Shown one piece after another: positions 1-9,879 of a stretch of 64,000 nt of DNA (its first letter is position 1; every line of letters starts with the position of its first letter). The stretch is from a virus (lineage: Duplodnaviria; Heunggongvirae; Uroviricota; Caudoviricetes; Demerecviridae). A program made the position numbers and the translations under genes. The DNA is taken from the IMG/VR virus record IMGVR_UViG_2974620188_000001, positions 48,317 through 112,316 of that record. One strand, 5' to 3'. The notes beneath the pieces are model-generated. The model did no database searches. It saw only the letters and a list, made by a program, of their open reading frames with translations, and was not told the DNA's origin.

Positions 1-1929
1 ACCGAAGTAAGTTTCAATGTACTCTTTAGCATCTGCAACAGTACATTCAACAAACGGTTCACCAGTTTTGGCTGCTTGTTCTAGCAATGCTTCGTTAACA
101 GAATGTGCTACTTTAGCCGGGCCAGAACCGTATAGAATACCGAAGGTAATTGCCTTAGCAGCCTGACGCAGAGCTGGGAATAACTTCTTAACATCACGAG
201 GTTCGCATTGGAGCTTAAATACCATGTGTGCGATGTTAGAGTGGAAGTCAGGGTATTTATCAGGTTCATTTCTCATGTTGATAAATACCTGTTGCATATT
301 TCTATCACCAGATAGAACAGCAGCATAATAAACTTCCGCAGTTGTTAAGTCCCATGCGATTACACGATACCCGGGAGGAGCTACTACACAACCCTTGATA
401 ATAGATTCATCACGGGGTAACTGTTGCAGGTTCAGTTTACCAGAAGAACTCAAACGACCAGAAGTAGTCATGTGTTCGTGGAAACCAGTACGAATGCAGC
501 CATCAGCATCAATGCTCAGAAGAATTTTCTCAACGTAAGTAGAGATCAGCTTAGTCAGCTTACGAATCTCTAGTAGGGTCTTAGCAATTGGATGCTGCGT
601 AGACAATTCGTTCAGAGCTTCTGCATCTGTAGAGTCTGCTCCAGTATCTGTCAATTTACCTGTTGGAGTTAAGCCAACATAATCAAACAGAAGAACACGG
701 AGTTGTTTAACAGAGTTTGGGTTAAACGCTTCGTTCTGATCTTTCTCTAGCTGAACGACTTCTGGATAAGTATACAGCTTCTCACGGGCTTTATTCAGAT
801 TATGAGTTAACTGATATTGAGCTTCTTTCAAGCGATCAATAGAAATTGGTACACCACGATCCTCAACACGCTGGAGAAATACACAACCGGGCATTAGAAC
901 ATCGTAATACAGACTGCAAAGTTTTTCATTCTTCTCAATTTTTGGTAAGAAGAAGTTGTGCAAACGTATGGTAGCATCTGTATCTTTCGCAGCGTAAGGC
1001 CACATAATATCAAACGGAATTAAATCATAGGTGAAATCTTCTTTCTTGATTTTATGTGCTTTGCAGTAATCATCTTTGAACTTATCTAGTTCAAAGTCAT
1101 AGTCACCCATATCTGTATACTTCATTGCTAGAGATTTCAAGCCATGAGTACCACGACGCTCATCTAGAACATAATGCTGCAACATTGTATCATGGAGCCT
1201 GCGTTCTTTATGTGCTTTATCAAAAGTAAGTCCCAGATGGTACTTATAAAAGTGCATATCAAACTTCAGGTTGTGAAAAACAATAGTGTGGTTTTCACTA
1301 TCCAGAATTTTCTGGAGATAATATACTGCAACCTCTGTGAGACAATCAGAATCGATATATACACCCTGATATTCTTGGTGAGACATAGAAACACCAAGCA
1401 GATAACCATCTCGACAGTATAGTGCTGAGGTTTCGGAGTCGAATGCGACAGGTCCGATAACCATATTATACACCATCTTGATATATTCTTCCGCCTCGTC
1501 AGGGTCAGTAATAGGACGGTAATCACCAGCTTTTGCAATCTTCTCACGACCATTGATAATATCGTGGATATTCTCTACTGTTGCATCGAAAACTGGTTTC
1601 ATTTCAGGCTTAAAGTGTAACTGGGCTGGGCTGATACTCGCAATCCAGTTAGCATATCCGTTATACTCTACACGTTTACCAGTATAATCACCAATGCCTT
1701 TCTTACCTGCGAAATACAGGAAAGGTTCAGCACCTACTAGTATAACAAAATCATAATCATTCGGATCAAATGGGTTTTCTGGTGTTCCAATAGTAATGTG
1801 CTTTTTAAGCAAACGACCAGATAACTTCTCGTTACACATATGGAATACATCAACTTCCTCGCCGTATAGCTGGAAATGTTTATCGTAACGAGTGTTATTT
1901 AGAGCTTTATCAACTACTGCGATTTTCAA
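1..1929 (-). CDS. DNA polymerase I family A (3'-5' exo + pol domains), N-terminal ~643 aa; C-terminus lies beyond the window start
   Basis: Continuous minus-strand ORF to the window edge, missing from the ORF track because no stop falls inside. Translation begins (TTG)KIAVVDKALNNTRYDKHF, with DnaQ-like exo motifs (FDSETSALY, YAAKD) and Pol A motifs (RQAAKAITFGILYG). RBS AGGAGA lies 6 nt upstream of a TTG start at 1929. Confidence 0.85.
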   Translation of the reverse strand, partial: MKIAVVDKALNNTRYDKHFQLYGEEVDVFHMCNEKLSGRLLKKHITIGTPENPFDPNDYDFVILVGAEPFLYFAGKKGIGDYTGKRVEYNGYANWIASISPAQLHFKPEMKPVFDATVENIHDIINGREKIAKAGDYRPITDPDEAEEYIKMVYNMVIGPVAFDSETSALYCRDGYLLGVSMSHQEYQGVYIDSDCLTEVAVYYLQKILDSENHTIVFHNLKFDMHFYKYHLGLTFDKAHKERRLHDTMLQHYVLDERRGTHGLKSLAMKYTDMGDYDFELDKFKDDYCKAHKIKKEDFTYDLIPFDIMWPYAAKDTDATIRLHNFFLPKIEKNEKLCSLYYDVLMPGCVFLQRVEDRGVPISIDRLKEAQYQLTHNLNKAREKLYTYPEVVQLEKDQNEAFNPNSVKQLRVLLFDYVGLTPTGKLTDTGADSTDAEALNELSTQHPIAKTLLEIRKLTKLISTYVEKILLSIDADGCIRTGFHEHMTTSGRLSSSGKLNLQQLPRDESIIKGCVVAPPGYRVIAWDLTTAEVYYAAVLSGDRNMQQVFINMRNEPDKYPDFHSNIAHMVFKLQCEPRDVKKLFPALRQAAKAITFGILYGSGPAKVAHSVNEALLEQAAKTGEPFVECTVADAKEYIETYFG

Positions 1930-1991
1930 ATTTAATCTCCTCTTGGTAAGTAAGTATAACTTCAGTGTTTCTTCTCTAACTTACCAATATA

Positions 1992-2882
1992 TTATACCAA
2001 ATCTTTAAGCGATTCAGCAACTAAAATTTCAATACGTTTTGCTAACATATCAATTTCATCTTTGTTTAAATCACCGGGATCTTTGCCTTCAGGTAGGAGA
2101 AAGTTAGCAACTACAGGTGTTAAACGCGTTTTTGTACGAATTAGCTTAGCCAATGCTTGTGCAGCTTTATTACCAGAAGCATCATTATCTAGTAAGATAA
2201 CAACAACTTTTACCCCAGCAATAATATAAGGACTGAACTTATCTGCAATGTTATCCGAAGTAAACTGATGTGTACCAAAGCAGCAAGAAGCATAGTCTAT
2301 ACCATTATCCTCTAGGTTCAGCATATCAAAGATGCCTTCAACTAGAATAAGAACTGGAGTATTATATCGTACAGGAAAAATTGGCGGTGAAACTTGTTTT
2401 GGTTTTACTAAGTATTTAGGAGGGGCAGAACTGTTTATAGAACGACCCAAAAATAGGATATTGCGTCCAACAGCATCTGTGATTGGGAATACAATTCTGC
2501 CTTCCCAGTCTGCTTGGTGTTGGAAAGCAAAATATTTCTTCAAGGTCTTAGAACTTATACCTCGGAAATCACCTTCGAAAAGGTAAGCAGATTCAGGAAT
2601 TGCAAGATTCGTTGATCCATTCCTAATCTCTGAAATCTTTTTACGTACTTGCGATAGTCTTGGGGACTGTCGGTACTGAGTCTCATTAAAATAATGGTAA
2701 ATGCTCGGTATACCTTTACCGAAGCCACAACTCAAGCAGTGCATAATACCTGTTTCAGGATCAATACGCAAACTTGGGTGTTTATCGTCATGATCTGGAT
2801 TGAGACAACAGATGAGGATGTCCCCACCTGTGTCTTTATATTCAATGCCTTTCAGATCAAGTAGTTCTGTTATTCTACTCAT
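1992..2882 (-). CDS. DNA primase (DnaG-like: CHC2 zinc finger + TOPRIM)
   Basis: 296 aa with a CxxC...HxxC N-terminal zinc motif (ICCLNPDHDDKHPSLRID...CLSCG). TOPRIM acidic motifs VEGIFD and DNDASG. Directly upstream of the polymerase. Confidence 0.7.
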   Translation of the reverse strand: MSRITELLDLKGIEYKDTGGDILICCLNPDHDDKHPSLRIDPETGIMHCLSCGFGKGIPSIYHYFNETQYRQSPRLSQVRKKISEIRNGSTNLAIPESAYLFEGDFRGISSKTLKKYFAFQHQADWEGRIVFPITDAVGRNILFLGRSINSSAPPKYLVKPKQVSPPIFPVRYNTPVLILVEGIFDMLNLEDNGIDYASCCFGTHQFTSDNIADKFSPYIIAGVKVVVILLDNDASGNKAAQALAKLIRTKTRLTPVVANFLLPEGKDPGDLNKDEIDMLAKRIEILVAESLKDLV

Positions 2883-4402
2883 ATATCGCTGGCCTGTTCA
2901 CCTGTTGAATTTTCAGCTTTGTCTTTCTTAGCACGTTTAGGTTGAGCCGGCTTATCCTTCTCAATAGGGATAACGAACTCAGCTTCCATTTGAGATATAT
3001 CTTCCATTGCTAGGTTGGTAGTGTTATCCATCCGCAGGGTTTCCCAGTTCATTTTAGGCATAAACTTCACGCTATCAGAAGAACGAGTCTTAACGAAGTC
3101 AAACATAATAGCACCTTGACCATTATCAGCTTTTGCAGCATTAAGATTAGCAGCCATGTCTGCGGAATCAAGAATCCCCTTTGACATACGTGTTCTACCA
3201 TCTTGATCGATCTGGTAAGGAGCTACACCAGCCACGTTATGTTTCTGGCAGATAGATTTGAAAGATGAGCTAACAACCATCTGTTCTTTCCAGTCATACA
3301 TATCAATGGTTTTAGAGTCTGGAAGTCGGGTTTGGTTAATATAGTCCAGTAAAGCTACTGTAACTTTATCACCATATCTAGCAACTAATTTATTTAATTC
3401 TACGTCGACTGTTGTAATGGACAGTTCGGGGTCATAAACAATAATCATAGGAGTATGTAGTTCATATCCCTCTATTAGCTTACTCTCCATATCGTAGAAA
3501 TCACTCATCTTAGCCATTGTGTACTGTTTAACGAAGCTATCGAAAAGCTCTTCACCACCATTAAACATTCTAGCTCTAGTTCTGGCTAATCTCAACAGAG
3601 CTGCACCTTCTAGAGTATTATTACGCATTGCTAATGCTGATACACCAGCTAACATGGCTAGATTACGTCTAAATACTTCATGTTCTTTCATCTCAATTGA
3701 GAAGTATGGAGCAATATCCCCATTCAAATATTGCTGAACCTGTATGTTTGAACAGATAATGGATTTACCAGTACCACGCCAACCACCAAGCAGTAACGTT
3801 TCTGTGCGAGCTAAACCAATTTGAGCGTCGAACTCATTACAAATACCAAGAGCGATTAAGTTCAGTTTGGTATCTTCTTCTCTCTGGAAAATACGCATGT
3901 TATCTGCGTTGAATACTTTTCCAGTATTCGTTACTTTCTCTTCTAATTTTAAGTGAAGGGAGGCAACTCGGTTGAGAATTTCTCCCTGATCCAGCATTGT
4001 TAAATCTTGAAGCACGTCTGTTTCTAGAAGCTTCAGGAATAAATCCTGTGTATATTCAGCCTCTAGGACTTCAAGTGCCTGTTCCATGCTCACTTCTGGA
4101 ATTTGAGTGTTAGCTAAGACGACTAGAGCTTGAGAAAGGCGGGCGTTCCTATTAGCTTCAAGCATAAGTGCGTCAATGGACGGCATTGTGTTATATTTTT
4201 TATAATAATTCTGGACGGCTTGGTAAATTGAGGAGAAAGCGTCATTAAAATGATCTTTATGCAGTTTTGAGAATGTTTCCAATGCTATTTGCTTCTGTTC
4301 GGAAGCTAGAAGCATCTTCAACACTACAGCTTGCACGTTAAACAAGGTCATTCTCCTTTGCACGCTTTCGTGCCTTCTAAATGCAAAAAGGGGAAGGAGC
4401 AT
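2879..4402 (-). CDS. DnaB-like replicative DNA helicase
   Basis: 507 aa with Walker A GGWRGTGKS in a RecA-like C-terminal domain. 4-nt overlap with the primase start, the typical primase-helicase pairing. Confidence 0.7.
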   Translation of the reverse strand: MLLPLFAFRRHESVQRRMTLFNVQAVVLKMLLASEQKQIALETFSKLHKDHFNDAFSSIYQAVQNYYKKYNTMPSIDALMLEANRNARLSQALVVLANTQIPEVSMEQALEVLEAEYTQDLFLKLLETDVLQDLTMLDQGEILNRVASLHLKLEEKVTNTGKVFNADNMRIFQREEDTKLNLIALGICNEFDAQIGLARTETLLLGGWRGTGKSIICSNIQVQQYLNGDIAPYFSIEMKEHEVFRRNLAMLAGVSALAMRNNTLEGAALLRLARTRARMFNGGEELFDSFVKQYTMAKMSDFYDMESKLIEGYELHTPMIIVYDPELSITTVDVELNKLVARYGDKVTVALLDYINQTRLPDSKTIDMYDWKEQMVVSSSFKSICQKHNVAGVAPYQIDQDGRTRMSKGILDSADMAANLNAAKADNGQGAIMFDFVKTRSSDSVKFMPKMNWETLRMDNTTNLAMEDISQMEAEFVIPIEKDKPAQPKRAKKDKAENSTGEQASDI

Positions 4403-4433
4403 AGCCCCCTCCCCTTAGGTTTAATTTACCAGA

Positions 4434-5201
4434 TTATTCAGCAGCCGCAGCTTTTGCATCCAGTTTAGCACGCTTAGCGGCACCATCATAGTCCTTAGCA
4501 ACCAGACCACGACGAGACAGCATAGATTTAACACCGCGCTCAGACTTACCAGTTTTCTCAGCGATCTCAGCAACAGTCATGTTAACCAGATCCAGACCTT
4601 CTAACAGATCTTCACGAGTTTTAGCACTTGAAGTTTCCTGTACCGGCATAGCAGCAATACGACCTTCACGAAGCAGGCTCAGAGCTTTACCACGGATCTG
4701 CTTAATATTGCGACCGAAGTGAGCAGCGATAGCTTCAATAGTAGCACCAGCAACAACCTGATTAACAAAATCAGTTTCTTCATCAGGAGTGAAGGAACGA
4801 ACAGCAGCAGCTTTTTCGGTTGGCTTAACAGAAGCGGTCATTTCCAGACTCAGAATCTTACCTTGTACCTGCTTAGCACCGAACTGACCACCAGCTACAG
4901 CAGCAGCGATTTCAGCATAAGTATACTGACCAGCATGAGCGTTCAGGAAATCAACCAGTTCAGCTTCCTGCTCAGGAGTCCACGGGGATTTCTGTACTTC
5001 GTTAGCTTTCTGTACTTCGAAACCTTCTTTACGCAGCTTAGAGCCAACAGAGCGAGCGGTAACGTCTTTGCCAGTTTCAGCAGCCAGTTCAGCAGCGATA
5101 GCCGCTACTTGTTCTTGAGAGATTACAGCAACACCCAGAGCAGTGGCTTTTGCTTTCAGAGACTCGGTTACACCTTCTACGTTCCAGTTCAGTTTAGACA
5201 T
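4434..5201 (-). CDS. Ala-rich DNA-binding protein (T5 D5-like)
   Basis: 255 aa, highly expressed-looking codon usage, three repeated basic helix segments (SKLRKEGFEVQKA / IKQIRGKALSLLREG / VKSMLSRRGLV). Sits between helicase and ligase as in T5. Confidence 0.4.
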   Translation of the reverse strand: MSKLNWNVEGVTESLKAKATALGVAVISQEQVAAIAAELAAETGKDVTARSVGSKLRKEGFEVQKANEVQKSPWTPEQEAELVDFLNAHAGQYTYAEIAAAVAGGQFGAKQVQGKILSLEMTASVKPTEKAAAVRSFTPDEETDFVNQVVAGATIEAIAAHFGRNIKQIRGKALSLLREGRIAAMPVQETSSAKTREDLLEGLDLVNMTVAEIAEKTGKSERGVKSMLSRRGLVAKDYDGAAKRAKLDAKAAAAE

Positions 5202-5976
5202 TATTATTTTTCTCCAATAGTTCTTTAATCGACAGGATTTCTATCCCATTCGTTTCGGCTTTCTTATAAGATGAGGAAGAACGCTTCGATTCATCCTCAC
5301 AGATTAGGTATTTGACGTCTTTGGTAACGGATTTCTTAACCGTATATCCTAGACCTTCTAAATAGTTTGTTGCATCCGTTCTATTTGCAAAATCTTGCAA
5401 AGATCCGGTAATACATACCGCGATTCCATTTGGCTGGGCAGCTAATTCATCCGTAATGATAATATTAGCTTTAGTGCCCTTAATACCAGTTGAAAATTTC
5501 CACGGTAGTTCGATAACATCCTTGCCTTGTGGGGAATTTAGCCAGGCTTTATAATTTTCTCCGGCCTTGCCGTCAGCCTTCACATCATGGAAGCTAGTGC
5601 AATTTTGGGATAATTTCTTTGCTGCAACCTCTCCAATTAGAGGGATTCCCAAAGAACCGAGAACTGAACCAAAGTCAATGTCTCTGCGAACTTTAGTATT
5701 TAATTCGCTAATTAACTTAGCGGCAACCTTGCTACCCACGGCTCTAACCAAATCTTCTTCGGTTAGGTAAAATAGTTCTGAAATCTTCGTCAGTTCCAGC
5801 TTCTCAATAGTTTTTGGACCAAAGCCCTTTAACTTCATTTTTGAACAGAAGTTCTCAATTAACTTACTTGATTGCGCTGGACAGTTGGACTTATTCCGAC
5901 AGAATAATTGTCCGTTGACAAGATCTAGCTTAGAACCACAAGAGGGACATTGTGTTGGAATTTCGATTTTCATCAA
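5194..5976 (-). CDS. ligB: NAD-dependent DNA ligase subunit B (Zn finger / HhH / BRCT part)
   Basis: 260 aa with a C4 zinc finger (CPSCGSKLD...CRNKSNC), HhH-like KGFGPKTIEKL, and a C-terminal BRCT-like region (CITGSL...YLICE). Follows the adenylation half as a separate ORF. Confidence 0.7.
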   Translation of the reverse strand: MMKIEIPTQCPSCGSKLDLVNGQLFCRNKSNCPAQSSKLIENFCSKMKLKGFGPKTIEKLELTKISELFYLTEEDLVRAVGSKVAAKLISELNTKVRRDIDFGSVLGSLGIPLIGEVAAKKLSQNCTSFHDVKADGKAGENYKAWLNSPQGKDVIELPWKFSTGIKGTKANIIITDELAAQPNGIAVCITGSLQDFANRTDATNYLEGLGYTVKKSVTKDVKYLICEDESKRSSSSYKKAETNGIEILSIKELLEKNNNV

Positions 5977-6003
5977 ATTTCTTCCTTATCAATTTATATA
6001 AAT

Positions 6004-6032
6004 ATTATAGCAAGTATTTAAGCATTTAGCAA
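6004..6032 (-). promoter_or_regulatory. T5-type promoter (minus strand) for ligB
   Basis: Reverse complement reads TTGCTA-17 nt-TATAAT with leader ATTTATATAAATTGATAAGGAAG. Confidence 0.6.
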
Positions 6033-6175
6033 CTACAATTTTAACTAACTTTGCTTACCCTCGCCATAACTTTCTATCCCTCAACTGAATGATAATAGTA
6101 TATACCTAAGCGGCGAAAATGTCAATAACCACTTTATAATTCCGATATGGTAGATGGGTAGCAAAGGGTTATGTA

Positions 6176-7147
6176 TTAATCGTATACTCGCTCTACTATG
6201 CACGGGATTACACCACCAGCGCGAATCACTCGAATCTGGCAACCGATCTCTAGATCGAGAGAGTTAATATAATCAACGTTATTAAGAGTCGCTTTAACAA
6301 TTGTAGCATCATCAATAATTACCGGTTCGAAATAACCAACTGGAGTTACTTTACCAGAAGCCCCTACCTGCCACTCAACTTTAATAAGGGTTGTAATCTC
6401 GCCTTCTTCATCCTCTTTAATAGCGAATGCTCCACGAGGGAATTTATTAGTCCAGCCTTCACGGAAGAATTTGTTGTTGTCATTAATACGAACAACTTTA
6501 CCGTCCGTCGGAATCCATTTAAAGAAGGAACGCACATTAACAACTGTTAAGAAGTTCTCATTCTCTAGCCAAAGCATATCTTTTAAATATGCTTCTGTAA
6601 TACCTACAGATTCAGCAGAACACTGGATACCATATGCAACGAAGATTAAACCACCTTCCCCGATACGTTGTACAAAATCATCACTATCTTTGAGGTTAAT
6701 AGCACCAGAGGCAAAGTTACGTTTATTTTCTACTTCTTTTGTAATTAGAACTTCACCAGTGATTTGAGTAGGTACTTTTTGGGAAATCTTTTTAGGAATG
6801 TTCAGCAATCTTACGTTGCTTGTGACATCATTCCCTAGGATACCATTACCACGAGTTAGTGCTTGAACAAATTCGCCATTAATATATAGTAGAGAAATCG
6901 CACAACCATCTAACTTGTCAGTTTCTACCTGGCCTAATGGGTTAAATGGGGGTTTATCTCCACGACTATAATAAACTTTCTGTAAAGAATACATACGATA
7001 CAGATGTGGAATATCGCCCTTAGGCCCGATCTCTTCTTCTAGTGGGAAGCGTTTTACCAGGCAATCATACTCCTCATCAGAGATTAAAGACATACCTTGA
7101 TAATATGCTTCTTGACAGCGTTTAATAAAGTCTTTTACATTAGTCAT
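6176..7147 (-). CDS. ligA: NAD-dependent DNA ligase subunit A (adenylation domain)
   Basis: 323 aa with the KxDG adenylation motif (ETDKLDGCAIS) and OB-fold region. ~200-bp intergenic region with a T5-type promoter separates it from the B subunit. Confidence 0.75.
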   Translation of the reverse strand: MTNVKDFIKRCQEAYYQGMSLISDEEYDCLVKRFPLEEEIGPKGDIPHLYRMYSLQKVYYSRGDKPPFNPLGQVETDKLDGCAISLLYINGEFVQALTRGNGILGNDVTSNVRLLNIPKKISQKVPTQITGEVLITKEVENKRNFASGAINLKDSDDFVQRIGEGGLIFVAYGIQCSAESVGITEAYLKDMLWLENENFLTVVNVRSFFKWIPTDGKVVRINDNNKFFREGWTNKFPRGAFAIKEDEEGEITTLIKVEWQVGASGKVTPVGYFEPVIIDDATIVKATLNNVDYINSLDLEIGCQIRVIRAGGVIPCIVERVYD

Positions 7148-7346
7148 TCATTTCTACCCGTAGTTCTTTATTATACTGAGCAATGAGATCGGCTAACTCT
7201 TGCGCTTCTTTCAACCACGCATCTTTGTACGCTTTATCGTTGATTCCACCAAAGTTATCTAGATAGTTATTTCTAGCATTTGATACTAGGTTTAACTTTG
7301 CTTGAATTTTTGGAAGTGTTACTTTCATAATTGATCCTCTTATCAA
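7140..7346 (-). CDS. hypothetical protein (68 aa)
   Basis: ORF overlapping the ligA start by 8 nt, downstream of a minus-strand T5-type promoter. Confidence 0.5.
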   Translation of the reverse strand: MIRGSIMKVTLPKIQAKLNLVSNARNNYLDNFGGINDKAYKDAWLKEAQELADLIAQYNKELRVEMND

Positions 7347-7357
7347 TTTATATAAAT

Positions 7358-7386
7358 ATTATATAACAAAACTGAGTTGAAAGCAA
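7358..7386 (-). promoter_or_regulatory. T5-type promoter (minus strand) for ligA operon
   Basis: Reverse complement reads TTGCTT-17 nt-TATAAT. Confidence 0.6.
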
Positions 7387-7413
7387 ATACATTTATAAAG
7401 AAAAAGCCAAGAA

Positions 7414-7722
7414 CTAGGCATTCTTGGCTTTGAGTTCTTCAGCTCGTTTCTGTACTTCATGTAAAACCTCAGATTCGCTAAGAATCTGTGTAAACGCATA
7501 GAAAAGCTGTGATGTTGTTTCTAGGGTGTAAGGAAAAGAGAAGCCAGATTTCGTTGGAAACCATTCATCATTAATATCAAGAAGCCAGTAACGAATACCC
7601 ATGTATAGATTCCCACGAAATTCAGATACTGTTAATCTTACTTGTTCCCCCTCCTTCTCCCAAAGTATGATGGACTGGTCATCAACGTGTCCTTCATAGT
7701 TTTGATTTACCTGTTCGCTCAT
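7414..7722 (-). CDS. hypothetical protein (102 aa)
   Basis: ORF ending in a bidirectional hairpin terminator. Confidence 0.55.
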   Translation of the reverse strand: MSEQVNQNYEGHVDDQSIILWEKEGEQVRLTVSEFRGNLYMGIRYWLLDINDEWFPTKSGFSFPYTLETTSQLFYAFTQILSESEVLHEVQKRAEELKAKNA

Positions 7723-7740
7723 TTACATATCCCAAATACA

Positions 7741-7762
7741 CAAAAAGCCCCATATAGGGGCT
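7741..7762 (-). terminator. rho-independent terminator (minus strand)
   Basis: AGCCCCTATATGGGGCT + TTTTT on the minus strand. Confidence 0.55.
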
Positions 7763-7772
7763 AATTGGTTTC

Positions 7773-8069
7773 TTATCGGCCTACTGGAGAAGCACGATCT
7801 AACTCTGATTGGAGGCTAGTCACACGACGGACTTTCTCGACAGGAATAAAACGGAAACTATCATTAGTACGAGAGAAGACAAGGATTTCATCATCTTTCG
7901 CTTTACGAATACGTTCACGTTTAATACGCTCAGCCAGATATTTATCTTGGGCTGGATCAAATTCCATCGTACCCTGAAGGTACGTGGTTCCTTTCTGACG
8001 AAGTTTCTCGTAATGAAGATAAAACTCACCAAATTTTTCACATTGTGCGATAATTTCAGCTTTGGTCAT
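7773..8069 (-). CDS. hypothetical protein (98 aa)
   Basis: ORF followed by the minus-strand terminator AGCCCCTATATGGGGCT + T-run. Confidence 0.5.
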   Translation of the reverse strand: MTKAEIIAQCEKFGEFYLHYEKLRQKGTTYLQGTMEFDPAQDKYLAERIKRERIRKAKDDEILVFSRTNDSFRFIPVEKVRRVTSLQSELDRASPVGR

Positions 8070-8105
8070 AACTGTGTTCCTTTTGTTGGTGGATTTATCT
8101 AAAAA

Positions 8106-8516
8106 TTACTTAGTGATAGCTCGGATTGCTTCTGCCAGATGAGCAGCCGCTTTACCAGTCAGTTTGTCGATAATTGCATCATCCAGAAAATCTGGTGCTA
8201 AGCCAGCATCAGAGAACGCTGCGCGAAGGTCGGCATGGGCTTGAGCTTTGGAGGTACGAGAACCACCGGAAGCTTTTTCTCCAGTAGATGCGCTAGATTT
8301 AGGAGTAGAACCAGCAGCTTTCTTAATATACAAACCTGCTTTAGTCAGCTTCATACGAAAACCGTTCGGAGTTACACCATTTTCCTGGGCAATTTCGCTA
8401 ACAATTTCCATGCTAACACCAGGACGTTCATCCTCTGGGAATTGCTCCATACGAGCAACGTATTCGGAAGACATTTTTTCGAACAGTTCATCAGTCCACT
8501 GAGTTGGAGTAGTCAT
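8106..8516 (-). CDS. hypothetical protein (136 aa)
   Basis: ORF with an upstream minus-strand T5-type promoter (8574-8602). Confidence 0.55.
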   Translation of the reverse strand: MTTPTQWTDELFEKMSSEYVARMEQFPEDERPGVSMEIVSEIAQENGVTPNGFRMKLTKAGLYIKKAAGSTPKSSASTGEKASGGSRTSKAQAHADLRAAFSDAGLAPDFLDDAIIDKLTGKAAAHLAEAIRAITK

Positions 8517-8573
8517 ATTTTATATTTCCTTAATTAAGAATTAAACAGAATAGTTCTTTCAAACTATGAGAAT

Positions 8574-8602
8574 ATTATATCAAGAATTATAGGATTAAGC
8601 AA
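8574..8602 (-). promoter_or_regulatory. T5-type promoter (minus strand)
   Basis: Reverse complement reads TTGCTT-17 nt-TATAAT. Confidence 0.55.
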
Positions 8603-8619
8603 CTGAAATTTTTAAGTAG

Positions 8620-8895
8620 TTACTCCACCAGGCCAACAGCGAGCATATCCTCGATGCTGGCAACCTCCCAATCGTCTGCAATAGCTTCGCATACTGTTAA
8701 TGAAACAACCTCACTATAGGGATAATTACCAGCTACCCAAGTATGCTGAGTAACTACATCTGAGTCAGCATCTAAAGTTAATAACACTAAGCCGTTATTA
8801 TCGTTATCCCAGCTTCTACGATATAGTGTTTTTACTTCCCCATCTTTAAGTAAATCAGTTAGTCTACTCACGGCGTTTTCCTTTTTCTTTATCAA
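8620..8895 (-). CDS. hypothetical protein (91 aa)
   Basis: ORF with translational overlap onto the upstream gene. Confidence 0.5.
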   Translation of the reverse strand: MIKKKENAVSRLTDLLKDGEVKTLYRRSWDNDNNGLVLLTLDADSDVVTQHTWVAGNYPYSEVVSLTVCEAIADDWEVASIEDMLAVGLVE

Positions 8896-9568
8896 GTTTC
8901 AAGGCAGCCTTAACAGCTTCATTAATCAGTGTGATAACTTCTTCCCGGGACCATTTGTACCCCAGAGACTTTACATCAACCCCTAACTTTTCCAGGTGTT
9001 TAACAGAAGCCAACTCATAATTCATATAATGAACGTTCTGTTGTTTGCCTTCTGATAGAAGCCATACACGGTAACAACCAACAGGGTTATCCATTGCTTT
9101 TTTGATTTCACCGATACACTGGTATCCAGGAACCCAAACAAGCTCACCTACCTCAAATTCTTCTGCTACAGCATCATCAGGAATAATTGGTGGATTCAAT
9201 GGATCTACAATATCGTTCAAACGAAGCAGAGCACCATAGCGTTCCAGAACAGATTTAACCATTGCTACAGAGCGGTAATTACGATCGGCAATCTCTTCAA
9301 AAGAATCACCAGATAGATACTGCTCAATAACGTTGGCTAACTCAATGCCTTCAATGAGTGTGCCACGTTTCTTTTTCTTCATTTCGGCAACTTGAATCTG
9401 GCGGTCTTGCCATTCTTCAATCATCCTTTCCATAGTTGGGTTGGATGATACCCCGAGCATTTCACATGCTGCTTTCTTAGTACCACCGTTCTCCAGATGC
9501 TCTATAACCTTTTTAAAGACTTCATCAGGGATTTCATGGATATGTTTCTTTCTGCGAGAACCAGCCAT
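8864..9568 (-). CDS. HTH-containing putative DNA-binding/regulatory protein (234 aa)
   Basis: N-terminal helix-turn-helix-like segment GGTKKAACEMLGVS. Preceded by a minus-strand T5-type promoter (9600-9628) and RBS. Confidence 0.5.
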   Translation of the reverse strand: MAGSRRKKHIHEIPDEVFKKVIEHLENGGTKKAACEMLGVSSNPTMERMIEEWQDRQIQVAEMKKKKRGTLIEGIELANVIEQYLSGDSFEEIADRNYRSVAMVKSVLERYGALLRLNDIVDPLNPPIIPDDAVAEEFEVGELVWVPGYQCIGEIKKAMDNPVGCYRVWLLSEGKQQNVHYMNYELASVKHLEKLGVDVKSLGYKWSREEVITLINEAVKAALKLDKEKGKRRE

Positions 9569-9599
9569 ATTTAAACTCCTCTCTCAAATTTATGAATCT

Positions 9600-9628
9600 A
9601 TTATACAGAAAAATTTTCCTGAAAGCAA
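9600..9628 (-). promoter_or_regulatory. T5-type promoter (minus strand)
   Basis: Reverse complement reads TTGCTT-17 nt-TATAAT with leader TTCATAAATTTGAGAGAGG. Confidence 0.6.
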
Positions 9629-9636
9629 ATAAATTT

Positions 9637-9879
9637 TTACGATTCCTTGAGCAAAGAAGCAAGTTCAGCATAGACTTTATCTAACTCAAAGCCGATGCGA
9701 AGAGACACGTTTGTTTTCCGTTGTTTAAGTAACCACTCGGATATATTAGGGATGCCAGCTAATCTGTGTGGTACCACCCTACATAGCTTTTCCGAAGTGT
9801 CGTAAACAGGAATTTTACGTTCTTTTACTGGAAACTTCCTTGTTTCCCATTTTTTATTCTTCACTGTCATTTCTAGCAC
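9637..9879 (-). CDS. hypothetical protein (80 aa)
   Basis: ORF overlapping the end of the large upstream gene. Confidence 0.45.
   Translation of the reverse strand: MLEMTVKNKKWETRKFPVKERKIPVYDTSEKLCRVVPHRLAGIPNISEWLLKQRKTNVSLRIGFELDKVYAELASLLKES

Noticed and set aside
1174-1553. Track ORFs 1174..1422 (+) and 1266..1553 (-)
   Set aside because: They fall inside, or out of frame with, the continuous DNA polymerase reading frame that runs 1929 to 1.
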